NCBI GenBank assembly: GCA_965223505.1
Contig: CBDCWP010000030.1
Location: forward strand, 192,001 to 256,000
DNA: 64,000 nt
Direction: 5' to 3'
DNA from: Planctomycetota bacterium
Lineage (GTDB): Bacteria; Planctomycetota; PLA2; JAEUHO01
Made by a program: the position numbers and the translations under genes. Within the stretch, counting starts at the first letter, position 1. Every line of letters starts with the position of its first letter. The notes under the pieces are model-generated. The model had not been told where the DNA came from and searched no databases. It worked only from the letters and a program-made list of their open reading frames with translations. Shown here piece by piece: positions 18,402-28,700 of the stretch.

Positions 18402-19790
18402 ATGGCGATCGCTACGGCAATGACCACCCGGTGTCCCCGCTGTGAGGCCCCCATCACAGGGGACTTCAAGTACTGCCCCGAGTGCGCATTCCGACTCAAG
18501 GCCGGGCCCGCGCCCGAGCCGGAGCAGGCCGCACCCCGCTGGCCGCATCTGCTCGTGCTCACCGGATTCGTCGGCCTCATCGTGCTCTTCGTCGTCCTCG
18601 GCCTGTGGATCTTCGACATGCTCGGCACCGACGACCGCGATCCGCGCGGCACCGGCTTCCGGCGCATTCCCATGGCCGACATCCTCAGCCAGATGCAGCC
18701 GCTCGAAAGCCGCATTGCGGAGTGGGTCGAACCCAAGGATCCCAATGAAGAGCCGGAGCAGCCGGTCGACGAAGACGAGCCGCTCGACGAACCCGAGACC
18801 GAAGCAGCGGAAGATCCCGTGCCGCACTTCGACCCCGTTGCCGTGAGAACCCGCAGACTTCGCATGATGCGTTTCGAGGTCACCAACGGGCAATACGCCG
18901 AGTTCCTCAGCGCGCTCGACCAGGGATCGAAACTTCCGAAAAACGTGCAGGATTGGCTCACGACGCTCTTCGAGCCCGGTACGGAAGGCGAGCGAACCTA
19001 CACCGCCGCGTACGTCGCCGCGTGGTGGGTGGCGCTCGTCAAGCATCTCGAGGAGAAGACCGGAAGCGCCCCCCCGATTCCGGGCGATCTTCCGATGACC
19101 GTCGAGGCGCTGGAGAGCAGCTCCATCCCGGCGAAGTACCGCACCCTGCTCTTCGCGCCGCCGCATTGGATCCACATCGAGAACGGCGCGTTCACCTGGC
19201 GGTTACCTGACGGCAAGGAGAACTACCCGGCAACGGGAATGGCGTTCACCGACGCGCAGACCTTCGCGTCGTGGGCCGGGGATCTGCTCGGCGTAGCGCT
19301 TCGCCTGCCGACCCTCGCCGAGTTCAAGCGGGCGGCCCACCAGGGACGTCCGTACCGCACGGCGCAGGACCCCGGTTGGAAGTGGCCCTGGGGCAACGAG
19401 TTCAACCCCTACTTCTGCAACAGCTTGAACTTCTATCCCGAGGGCGAGACGCCGGCCCTTCGGCGCGTCAATGAACGCTATGTCTGGGGCCGCGGCGTCA
19501 CGGAAGAGGGCGTCTACGGGCTGGCCGGCAATGCGCGCGAGTGGGTGCGCAACGGCGCGTACGAGTGGGTACTGACCCCCGACCCGACCGAAGACGACCC
19601 GGACCGCAAGCGCGTCGAATACTACTGGTCCCACCCCGGCGACCCCGGCGAGCACTCCTGGGCCCCCACGGCGGGCGGTTCCTACCTCATGGGTCTCGAC
19701 GAGTGCAAGGCCGAGGACTCCAAGGCGGAGCTCAAGACCTCGCGCCAGATCGACGTCGGATTCCGCCTGGTCTACGAGCCCATCATCTAG
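18402..19790 (+). CDS. Zinc-ribbon/TM/formylglycine-generating enzyme (FGE-sulfatase) domain protein
   Basis: CPRC..CPEC, TM helix, FEVTNGQYAEF, LRLPTLAEF..AA, WPWGN, GVYGLAGNAREW, GFRLV. Confidence 0.85.
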   Translation: MAIATAMTTRCPRCEAPITGDFKYCPECAFRLKAGPAPEPEQAAPRWPHLLVLTGFVGLIVLFVVLGLWIFDMLGTDDRDPRGTGFRRIPMADILSQMQPLESRIAEWVEPKDPNEEPEQPVDEDEPLDEPETEAAEDPVPHFDPVAVRTRRLRMMRFEVTNGQYAEFLSALDQGSKLPKNVQDWLTTLFEPGTEGERTYTAAYVAAWWVALVKHLEEKTGSAPPIPGDLPMTVEALESSSIPAKYRTLLFAPPHWIHIENGAFTWRLPDGKENYPATGMAFTDAQTFASWAGDLLGVALRLPTLAEFKRAAHQGRPYRTAQDPGWKWPWGNEFNPYFCNSLNFYPEGETPALRRVNERYVWGRGVTEEGVYGLAGNAREWVRNGAYEWVLTPDPTEDDPDRKRVEYYWSHPGDPGEHSWAPTAGGSYLMGLDECKAEDSKAELKTSRQIDVGFRLVYEPII

Positions 19791-19823
19791 CCCGAGCGGC
19801 TCGTCGGCGGGTACAAGACACCC

Positions 19824-20672
19824 GTGCGCATCGTCCTTGCTCTCTTCGCCCTCCTCCTGCTCGCGGGCGTCGCCATTCTCGTCGTGGCGTACTTCGAGGA
19901 GTCGGAGCCGGCTGACGAACAAGCCGTCTACGACGAGGACGAGGAGCCGGAACCGAACGACGAACCCGCGGACGCCCCTCCCGTCGTCGACGACGATGAC
20001 GATCCGCGGCGCGTACCGCGGGTGCTTCCTCCGGACGCGGCACTCGAAGACATCCGCGACGCCCTCGCTGCGAATGACGTCGATGCCCTTCAGGCGGCGT
20101 ACGAACAGCTCGGACGACTCGCTGCGAGCAAGGGACGCGTACGTACGGCGCTACGCAACCAGATCGCATCGATGGCCGACGCCGACGTGCGCGCGATCGC
20201 CATCGCCGCGATCGGGCAATCGCGGGACGACGACAACGAGGAGTGGCTCGTCTCGGTATTGACCGACAGGCGTGCCGCTCTCACCGATCGTACGTCCGCA
20301 TTGGTCGCACTCGCCACCGCGCTGGAGCCGTCCGACGAGAACTTCAAGATGCGCCACGGAGCGGTCGTCGTGCCGCTGACGGCGATCAACGAGTCCCACG
20401 CGTCGGCCATCCGATCGTTCCTCGATGAACCGGGCTCCTCGAGTCGTTCAGCGATGCTCGGCACGACGAGCGCGGAGTCCGTTGCCCTGGCGTTGATACG
20501 GAGCACGCTGGACTCGGCGGTCTACGCACGCATGATCGTTACGGACGACGGACGGCGGCGTGCGCATCTTCGCGAGCTGACTGACACGCATTGGAAGTTG
20601 CTGCGTGAAACCGCGGCCAGCTGCGAAGACCTCGACGATCAGACGAAAGACAAGATCGCGAAGGTCGAGTAA
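19824..20672 (+). CDS. Membrane-anchored acidic/HEAT-like hypothetical protein
   Basis: N-terminal TM, acidic linker, DADVRAIAIAAIGQ HEAT-like motif. Confidence 0.7.
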   Translation: MRIVLALFALLLLAGVAILVVAYFEESEPADEQAVYDEDEEPEPNDEPADAPPVVDDDDDPRRVPRVLPPDAALEDIRDALAANDVDALQAAYEQLGRLAASKGRVRTALRNQIASMADADVRAIAIAAIGQSRDDDNEEWLVSVLTDRRAALTDRTSALVALATALEPSDENFKMRHGAVVVPLTAINESHASAIRSFLDEPGSSSRSAMLGTTSAESVALALIRSTLDSAVYARMIVTDDGRRRAHLRELTDTHWKLLRETAASCEDLDDQTKDKIAKVE

Positions 20673-20675
20673 CCG

Positions 20676-20879
20676 CTAGCGCGCGAGGAATTCCTTGCTG
20701 CGAACGCGCAAGCTACGAGAGGCACGCAACGGCGTTCCCGCGGATGCGTCTTCTTTGCGCGCCATGATGCGCCGCAGCTTCTTTTCCCAAACGACCTGCA
20801 CGCACTCGCTCATGTACGGACAATTCTGCGTCCTGCACACGTAGGTCTCAGAACCGAAGCAGTCTTTTTTCTTCGCCAT
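20676..20879 (-). CDS. Small Cys-rich basic protein
   Basis: 67 aa, CFG...C....CPY..EC; GAGG RBS. Confidence 0.6.
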   Translation of the reverse strand: MAKKKDCFGSETYVCRTQNCPYMSECVQVVWEKKLRRIMARKEDASAGTPLRASRSLRVRSKEFLAR

Positions 20880-21101
20880 GAAACCTCACCGATCTGCGGG
20901 CCATCGTACGGGTCGCTCGAAGCGCGCACAAGGGGCCCCGCAGCCGCCCTGCCTCTGACCCTTGATCGGCAAACGCGCGCAGTTCCTCAAGCGAAGGAAT
21001 GCCAAACAGTCCGGCCGGGCGATAGCACGATGTTACTGGGGCTCGTGGCGCGGCGCCGACGAGCGCCAGTGCGTCCCCGGCAGTGGTAGGCTGCGCGGCC
21101 C

Positions 21102-21494
21102 ATGCACCCCCACACGCACCGCATCGGCCACGACCTCGTCGAGGTCGAACGCTTCCGCAGCACGCTCGAGAAGCACGCTGACGGGCTGCGCAGGCGCGTC
21201 TTCACAGAAGGCGAATGGGAAGCGGCGTCGAAACGCCCGGACAAGGTCGCCGTGCTCGCTGCGCGTTTCGCCGCGAAGGAAGCTGCATTCAAGGCGCTGG
21301 GCACCGGGTGGGGCAAGGGTGTCAAGTGGACGGACGTCGAGGTGATCGGCGGCGAGCGCACGGCGCCTGCGTTGGTGTTGCAGGGACACGCGCACCGCAT
21401 TGCGCAAGAAGCCGGCGTGTCGCTCGAGGTGAGCATCTCGCACACCGACTCGATGGCATCGGCGGTCGTCATCGCCGCACCGCGCGCGTCGTAG
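21102..21494 (+). CDS. acpS: Holo-[acyl-carrier-protein] synthase
   Basis: IGHDLVEVERF, RFAAKEAAFKALGTG, VSISH. Confidence 0.93.
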   Translation: MHPHTHRIGHDLVEVERFRSTLEKHADGLRRRVFTEGEWEAASKRPDKVAVLAARFAAKEAAFKALGTGWGKGVKWTDVEVIGGERTAPALVLQGHAHRIAQEAGVSLEVSISHTDSMASAVVIAAPRAS

Positions 21495-21520
21495 TTCGAG
21501 TCGTCGCTCGCGTCCCCCAC

Positions 21521-21689
21521 GAACAACCAGCCCCGTCGCGCGCACGCCGCGATCGTCTTCGCGGCGTGTCGCCTCCATCGAACAACCAGCCCCGCCGCGC
21601 GTGCGCCGCCACCGCTTTGGCGGCGCATCGCTCCTTCGATCGACAAGCCCGTCGCGCGCACGCCGCGATCGTCTTCGCGGCGTGTCGCC
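21521..21689. repeat. Three tandem ~59-bp units, each with a 10-bp hairpin
   Basis: CACGCCGCGA-N6-TCGCGGCGTG in units 1 and 3; TGCGCCGCCA-N6-TGGCGGCGCA in unit 2. Confidence 0.85.
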
Positions 21690-21696
21690 AGCAATT

Positions 21697-21727
21697 GAAA
21701 AGCGGGCGTCCGAAGGACGCCCGTTTC
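21697..21727 (-). terminator. Intrinsic terminator, possibly bidirectional
   Basis: GAAAAGCGGGCGTCC-GAA-GGACGCCCGTTTC between convergent genes. Confidence 0.75.
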
Positions 21728-21759
21728 AGAGTCGTTGTCGTTGCGTTGTCGCGAACGGT

Positions 21760-23931
21760 CTAGTTCTTCGACGGCACCTGCAGGCGATGCGCGTGGAAGA
21801 TCGCGCGACGCTGCTCGGGCGTGAGGTTGCTGACCGAACCCAACGCGGCGAGCGCCGCGGCGGCAACCGCACCGTCACCGTTCGCGGCCGCGATCAGCGC
21901 GTCGACTTGCTCCGGCGTCCCGTCCATCGCCGAGAGCACGTTGCCGAGCGCGGTCGCGGCGGCGGCACGAATGTCGTCGCCTTCACCCTCGGTGAGCACC
22001 TTGACCAGCGCGTCCGCGCCACCGACCCGGATGTTGCCCAACGCGCGCGTGGCGTTGATGCGAATCTCCGGCGTCGGCGCCGACGTCGCCGCGGTCGAAA
22101 GCGGCTCGATCGCGACGTTCAGGTCGAAGCTGCGGCAGCTGAAGTCCGTCTGCGCGAACGCATCGGCGGCCATCGCGGCAAGCGCGTTCGCCCGCTCGCG
22201 ATCCGGGTTCAGATCGCCCGCTTCGGCAGCCGTCGAGATCTTCGACATCGCATCCGCCTCGACGATCGGCACCTCGATGAAGCCGGCGACCTTGTCGCCG
22301 TACTTGTCGGCGAAGAGGGACTGCACGGCGTCCTTCTTGCTCTCGGCCGTGTCCTGCAGGAGGACGACGATGCGCATGTCGCGCGTGCGGGCATCGGCGA
22401 GCAGCTCGTCGATGACCATGAGCGAGGAGAGGTGACGCTCGGCGGGGATCGTGTTGTCCTGGTCGCCGAGGTCGGCACGGACGACGATCACGTCGAGCGT
22501 GGGCGCGCCCTTGGCACGCATGACGCCCTCGGTGCCCGACGCCTCGCCGGCCGCCACGTACCCGCTGTGCGCGAGGGCCATGAGCAGCTGCGAGCGCGTC
22601 TCGTCGTCGTCGTCGATCACGAGGACCTGACGAATGGCGCTCTCGGACGCGGCCTGCGCGGCGAGCGCCGCGACCTTGTCGCTGTTGGCGACGCCGGCCT
22701 TCGGGCTCATGTGCAGGACGGCGATCGCCGCCATGTAGCGCACCCGCTTCTGCGGCGCGACGAGGGCGGAACCGATCGGGTGGTCGCCGAGCTCTTCGTC
22801 GCCGTACGTCGCGGCAACGAGCTGGCACGCGGCCGCGGCCACGTCCCAGTCACGGCGCTCGAGGCAGTTGGCGAGCGCGTCGCTGGCCGCCTGGAAGCCC
22901 TGGCTCTTGGCCAGATTGAACGCGCCGGCGAGCGCCTCGGGCGCCGAACCGCCGTTGGCGGTGATCACGTCCGACTCGACCTTCTGCGCGAGGAGCGAGG
23001 AGACGAGCAGCGCGCGGGCGGCGCCGTTGCCGGCGTCCAGGTCCAACGCGTCGGCCGCGCACTCTTCCGCCATCAGGTAGCGGTAGAGGTACGAGGGCGC
23101 CGAGTAGCTCGCGAGCGCGCCGTCTTCCCAGCGCCAGATGTTCTGCGAGTCGTCGAACGTGGCGACGACCGAGACATCGTTGCTGTAGAAGCGGCGGCCG
23201 AGGGCCACGTAGGCGTCCGCGGCGCGCATGGTCGGGCCGCCGATGTTGGCGACCGCACCCGCGGCCTTCTCCTTGACGCCGGCATCTTCGTCATTCTCGG
23301 CTGCCCGGCTCAGAGCCGGCAGTCCGCGCGGGTCCCCGATGTGACCGAGCGTCGCCGCGGCGTAGAACCGCACACGGCTGTTGTCGGACGACAGGGTCTC
23401 CGCCAGCGCCAGCGTGGCGTCGCCGCCCAGCTGGTGCAGGGTGCGCATGGCATTGACGATGGTTCCGGCGTCTTCACTCTCGAAGTACGGGTACAGGTAG
23501 GGAACCGCCAGCGCACCTGCTGGACGAAGCTGTACCTGCGCACTCCGACGACGATCAAGCGCGTCGTCCTCGACGGCTTGCTTGACCAAAGCTTGAATTG
23601 CATCCGCGTCCGACAGCTCGGTCTTGGCGGCGGGCTTGGCCTTGTCGATCAGGTAGTTGATGAGCCGCTCGTGCTCACCACCCTGAGCCATGGCGCGCAG
23701 AAGCACACGGTTGTCCGCGTCGCGAATGAGCGCGAGGACCTCGGCGTCCTCGGGGTTGCTCTTCACGTAGTTCTGCAACTTGCCCAACGCCTGCTCGTAA
23801 CGGCCGGCGGCGTAGTCTTCGAGGGCCGACTTCAGCTCGTCGGGATCCGCGTGCGCGGCACCCATCGAGCAAAGGACGAGCGCTAGAAGCGCCAGCATTC
23901 CGGTTGCGACCCGAAGGCGTACTGCCTTCAT
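21760..23931 (-). CDS. Secreted HEAT-repeat protein with receiver-like domain
   Basis: Signal peptide, TPR-like start, HEAT motifs (VRFYAAATLGHIGD, IRINATRALGNI), QVLVIDDDDETR receiver-like segment. Confidence 0.8.
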   Translation of the reverse strand: MKAVRLRVATGMLALLALVLCSMGAAHADPDELKSALEDYAAGRYEQALGKLQNYVKSNPEDAEVLALIRDADNRVLLRAMAQGGEHERLINYLIDKAKPAAKTELSDADAIQALVKQAVEDDALDRRRSAQVQLRPAGALAVPYLYPYFESEDAGTIVNAMRTLHQLGGDATLALAETLSSDNSRVRFYAAATLGHIGDPRGLPALSRAAENDEDAGVKEKAAGAVANIGGPTMRAADAYVALGRRFYSNDVSVVATFDDSQNIWRWEDGALASYSAPSYLYRYLMAEECAADALDLDAGNGAARALLVSSLLAQKVESDVITANGGSAPEALAGAFNLAKSQGFQAASDALANCLERRDWDVAAAACQLVAATYGDEELGDHPIGSALVAPQKRVRYMAAIAVLHMSPKAGVANSDKVAALAAQAASESAIRQVLVIDDDDETRSQLLMALAHSGYVAAGEASGTEGVMRAKGAPTLDVIVVRADLGDQDNTIPAERHLSSLMVIDELLADARTRDMRIVVLLQDTAESKKDAVQSLFADKYGDKVAGFIEVPIVEADAMSKISTAAEAGDLNPDRERANALAAMAADAFAQTDFSCRSFDLNVAIEPLSTAATSAPTPEIRINATRALGNIRVGGADALVKVLTEGEGDDIRAAAATALGNVLSAMDGTPEQVDALIAAANGDGAVAAAALAALGSVSNLTPEQRRAIFHAHRLQVPSKN

Positions 23932-24297
23932 GAAAGCCCTCCCTTCGACGGCGGTCCGCCCCGAAGCCTCAACCCTCCCGAGTAGCGCTTCGGACGCACC
24001 GGCATCATGCACCCTCAAAATGCGAGCAAGTCCCGGCAGAACCGGAACTTGCAGTCGCGGGAGTGTACGCCCGCCCAGATACGAGTGTCAAGAACGGCCT
24101 CACCACGGCGAGACGACCGTATCCGTCGCAAGACAAACACTTTACGCTGATTCGGTGTCGACTCGTGCGGCATCCGTACAACATTCGGGCGACTCCGATC
24201 CTGGCCGATCGTCGCGACCGGCCACGCGTTCCTTTTCCAACGCCCCGAACGCCGGGCGCGCGCGGACGGGACGCGACCATGGTCACGCCGCGCGCGT

Positions 24298-25705
24298 TCA
24301 CGGAAACAGGCGCTCGCAGAGCGCGCGTTCGACCTGCGGTCCGGCGCCGGGAACATGCACGCCCCACGGGCCCGGCAGCGGTGTGATCCAGATCCACTGG
24401 CACTGCGGCGCTTCGGCCCGGATCCTCTCCGTGCGCTTGCGCAGCTCGTCGGAGATGCCGGCCGCGCCCTTCCAGGCGCGAACGGTCGAGATCACGACGC
24501 AGGTCCCCGGGATCACGTCCCGCGCCAGGTGATGCACGTCGGCGGTCGGAACGCCCTTGGCCCGCGCCCCGTCGATGAGGACTCGGCCGCGCTCCTCGAA
24601 GTCGTCGTCGTCCAGCACCCACAGACCGCGGGTTTCGGGCCGAATCCGGTCGCCGCCGGACAGCTGGAGCGCGCGCCGGCTGACCCGCAGCACGACCTCG
24701 TCCGCGTCGGCCGTGAGGGCGCCCTGCCCCGTCTGCGCGGCGCGGCCCGTGAAGTTGGAGACGCGCACGGCGGCCCGCATCCGGGCGTGGTCCAGCTCGT
24801 CGCTCGGCTCGTCGAGCAGTCGCTCGGCGACGTGCTCCGGATTCTCGGGATAGAGGATCACGTCGCAGCCGGCGATCAGCGCCCGGCGGGACGCTTCCAC
24901 GGGCCCGCAGTCGCCCAGCACGCCGTCCATCATCATGCCGTCCGTGAACACGAGCGGCCGCGCGCCCATCGGGCCGAGCCGGTCGATGATCGGCCGGGAC
25001 AGCGTCGCGACCGCCTCGCTCGGGTCCAGCGCCGGAAACGCCGCGTGCGCGGTCATGATGCCGTGGCAGGCCTCGACGACTCGCGGGTCGAGGAACGGAA
25101 CGAGCTCGCGTGCTTCCAGGGCCGCCGCGTCGGCGACGACCTTGGGCACGGCGTCGTGACTGTCCTCCCGCGTCGCGCCGTGGCCGGGGAAGTGCTTGCC
25201 GACCGTCAGCACGCCGCCCCTGGCGGCGCCGCGCGCAAACGCCGCGCCCAGGGTCGCGACGCGACCCGCGTCCCAGCCGAAGGAACGGTTGCCGACGATG
25301 GGATTGAGCGGCTCGCTGCGCACGTCGAGCACGGGCGCGAAGAGCACGTCGATGCCGACCGAGCGCGCGTCGGCGGCGGTGATCTCGCCGAACACCTCGC
25401 ATTCGTCGGGCGACGCGGCGAGACCCCAGATGCCCGCTTCCGGCAACCGCCGAAGTCCCCTGGACTTGCTGCCCGGCGCCGCGCTCCATGTCGCTGGCGA
25501 CGAAGATCGGGCGACGCCCGGCCTTCTCTCGCAGCTGCTGCGTGAGCTTCGCAACCGTCTCGAGCTCGCCGCCGAACAGCAGGAAACCGGCGACCCATGG
25601 CTGCGACGCGCGGCGCAGGGCAACGCGCGCTTCGTGTTCTGCCTCTACGGGTTCGCGGTCGAGACGAATCGCGGGAGCGATGAGCGGCAGATCGAGTGTG
25701 GGCAC
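24298..25705 (-). pseudogene. Glycoside hydrolase family 3 (NagZ-like beta-N-acetylhexosaminidase), frameshifted
   Basis: FVASDMERGAGQQ in one frame; FAPVLDV, GNRSFG, KHFPGHG..DSH, IMTAH, FTDGMMM in another; shift at the C4 run 25457-25460. Confidence 0.8.
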
Positions 25706-25758
25706 GCCGGAAGCCTACGCGCGACGGACGACCCGAACGGCGAAATCGGCGAGCGCGC

Positions 25759-28700
25759 TCAGCGGCCGCCGTCGTCGCTCTCGTCGTCGTCGTCCCGCTC
25801 GTCCTCGAAGAGCCCGCCGCCGGGAGGCGCGTCATCGGGAAGCCGCACGGGACCGCGCGGGTTGGTGCGCGTGCTGCCCTCGTCCTGCGGCTCGAAGCCC
25901 GGCTCGGGCGGCGGCAGCTTGCCGGGCTGGCTCAGACCGCGGCCCGTCGCGCCGCCGAAGAGCTGGGTGAAGTAGGCATCCCAGCGACCGCAGCCCATCT
26001 CCGTCCAGCCACCGAGCATGTTGCGGTGGTGGCCGCTCGACCCGTACCACGCCCAGAACGCGCCGCGGCCGGTGTTGCGGCCCATGGCGATGTTCTCGCC
26101 GACGCCGCCTCCATAGCCCTGGCGCTTCGCGCGCGCGCCGGGCGTGACGTTCTGCGGCGTCTGGTTCTTGCCCGGCGGCACGTTGTGGGCGAAGTAGTTG
26201 TTCTCTTTCATGTGCCGGCTGTGACCGCGCGCCGCGCGCACCAGGCGCTCGTTGATCTTCACCGAGTAGAGGCCCATCATGAACCGGTACTCGTTGACGG
26301 CGCGCGTGTTGTCCTTCTCCTGCTCGGTCGCGGTGGTGTCGAGCTTCTCGTTGTACGCCATCACGCCCAGGTAGTTCTCGCGGCGGCTGGCGGACTTCCC
26401 GTCCGGCGTGTACGCCGGCATGTCGATCGCCAGGTTGATGCGGTCCTTGATCTCGTCCAGGTCGGGCCGGTAGCCGCTGTCCACGCGCGACAGCACCTCG
26501 TCGACCTCCGTGATGAGCTCGAGCTCCGCCTGCAGCTTCTTGTCCCACTGCGCGACGAGATCGAACGGGCGCTCCCAGATCTCGCGAACGAGCCCGACGC
26601 GGTGATCGACCTCCTTCTGGCCCTTCTTCGTGGGATTCGGATACGGATATGCGGACGCGTCGCGAATCAGCGCGAGCGCGTTGGCGCGGCGCTGCTTGAG
26701 CAGGCCGTACATCTTGCTCTTGTACCTGTTGCTCGTCGCCGACTTGGAGTTCGCGACCTGGTCGATCAGGTACGCGCGGCGAGAGGTCAGCGCGTTGTGG
26801 AACCGCTGCGCCGCGGGCTCGCCGATGGCGATCAGCGCTTCGTACGCGGCCTTGCGCACGTCGGCGTCCTTGTCGGACATGCGCTGCATCGCGTCGGCGA
26901 TGGCGGCTTCGCGCAACAGGGTTTCGCGCCGCTCGGGCGTGACGTAGCGCTCTTCGTGAACGACGTAGCCGCCTTCGGGCAGCGGCTCGTTGCGCCAGCG
27001 CGCAATCACAGGGAACAGTGCGCTCGTGGCGACGCCGCTTTGACCGGCGTCGTACATCGCCTCGTCCGCGGCGTCGGTGGCGCCGACCAGGTGCAACAGC
27101 GCCGCGATCCGAAACGCCTGCTCGCCCTCGGCGTCGAAGCGGTCGACGATCGCCCCGATCTGCTTCGGACTCAGGCGATGCCAGCGATACATCGTGCTGC
27201 CGCCCTTGACGGCCGCGGCGACGGTCTCGGCGTCCGCGTCGATTAGCGACACGACGATGCGTTCCGACATGCGGATGCGGCGGTACTTCTGCTGGTTCGC
27301 CTTGATATCCGCGATCAGCGCGTCGAGCGCCTGATGCGCGCGCACGACGTCGGACTTCACCGCGGCGAGCTTCTCGTGCCACGGCCCGCTCGGACAGAGC
27401 GCCATGCCCTTGTCGAGCTCGGCCAACGCCTGCTCGAAGGCGAGCTCCGCGGCGTGCGGCGCGGCGGCCTCGAGCGCGGCCTGCGCGGCGTCCTCCGCGG
27501 CCGGTGTCGTCTTCGTCGGAACGGTCGGCTCGGGATCGCCGCCGCCGTCGGGTTGCTTGGACGGAGCGGTCTCGGGACGCGGGTCGAGCTGCGTCGGCGC
27601 CAACGCCTCGTACTCGGCGATGCGTTCCTTCAGCGTCGGCGCCGCCGGGGTGCCCGCGAACGGCGTCGTGCGTTCACGCAGGTAGCGCGCCGCCACGGCC
27701 GCGCCGCTCGACTTCAACAGGCCCGCCGCCGTGTCGAGCAGCTTCCGGGCGGCCTCGGCCGCGGCGTCGTTGACCTCGGTGCGACCGGCCGCGACCGCGT
27801 CGGACGCGTCGATGGCGACGGGTGCGCCCCGCCCGAGCGACTCCCAGCGCGCGACGGCCTTTCCGTACTTGCCATCTTCCAACAGCTTGGCGACGGCGGC
27901 GCGGGTCGTCTCGGACTCGGTGCGGATCCACTCGTCGTGCGACGAGAGGATGCGCGTCTTCATGTCGTCGAACCGCTGCACGTTCGCGTCGCCGAAGTCG
28001 GCGATGAACACGCGACGCTCGGTCGAGAGCGACGCCGCCGTGAAGTCGAGCCTGTCGTTCCAGATCTCGTTCAGGCGTCGATCGATGTCGCCTTCGACGC
28101 CCTTGAGGATCGACAGGTAGCGATCGGCCTGGTCGCGTACGGAGCCGGCGTCGGGATCGTTCGCGAGGTCGGCGAAGATCACGCGCGCTTCGGCGTACTT
28201 CTTGTCCTTGTACAGCTCGCGCGCCGCGTCGAACTGCTTCTCGGCCGCAACGCGTGTCTTCCCGCCGGTGTCGCCGATGACCTGCGCGATGGCGATGGCG
28301 ATACCGGTGGCGACGAGCAATGCGACGATCGGAACGGCGAGCTTCTTCTTGCCCGCGGCGGCGCGCGCGCGTTCGCGGTTGCGCTCGACGGAATCATCGC
28401 TCTTCGGCGCCGTGTCGGCCTCGTCGTCCTTCGCCACGCCCGTCTTCGTCTCGGTGGACGCGGGCGCTTCGGTCTTGGGGTCCGAGGCGACGACATCGGT
28501 CGCGGGCTTCGGCGGGGCAGGAGGCGCGGCGGGCCGTGCGGGCGCGGCCGCCTTCGCGGGGACGGGCGTCGAAACGGCCGCGGCGGCCGTCGAGGGGATC
28601 ACAGTGGTCTCGCCCAGCGAACCCACCATGTAGGTGATGCGCGCTTCGCCCACCTCGATCACGTCACCATCGTCGAGCGAGACCTGCTTGACGACGGCGC

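Noticed and set aside
21601..23886. Long antisense and alternate-frame ORFs (e.g. 21601-23886, 3837-6371, 52369-53904)
   Set aside because: Shadow ORFs typical of high-GC DNA overlapping well-supported genes; Arg/Ala-rich with no motifs
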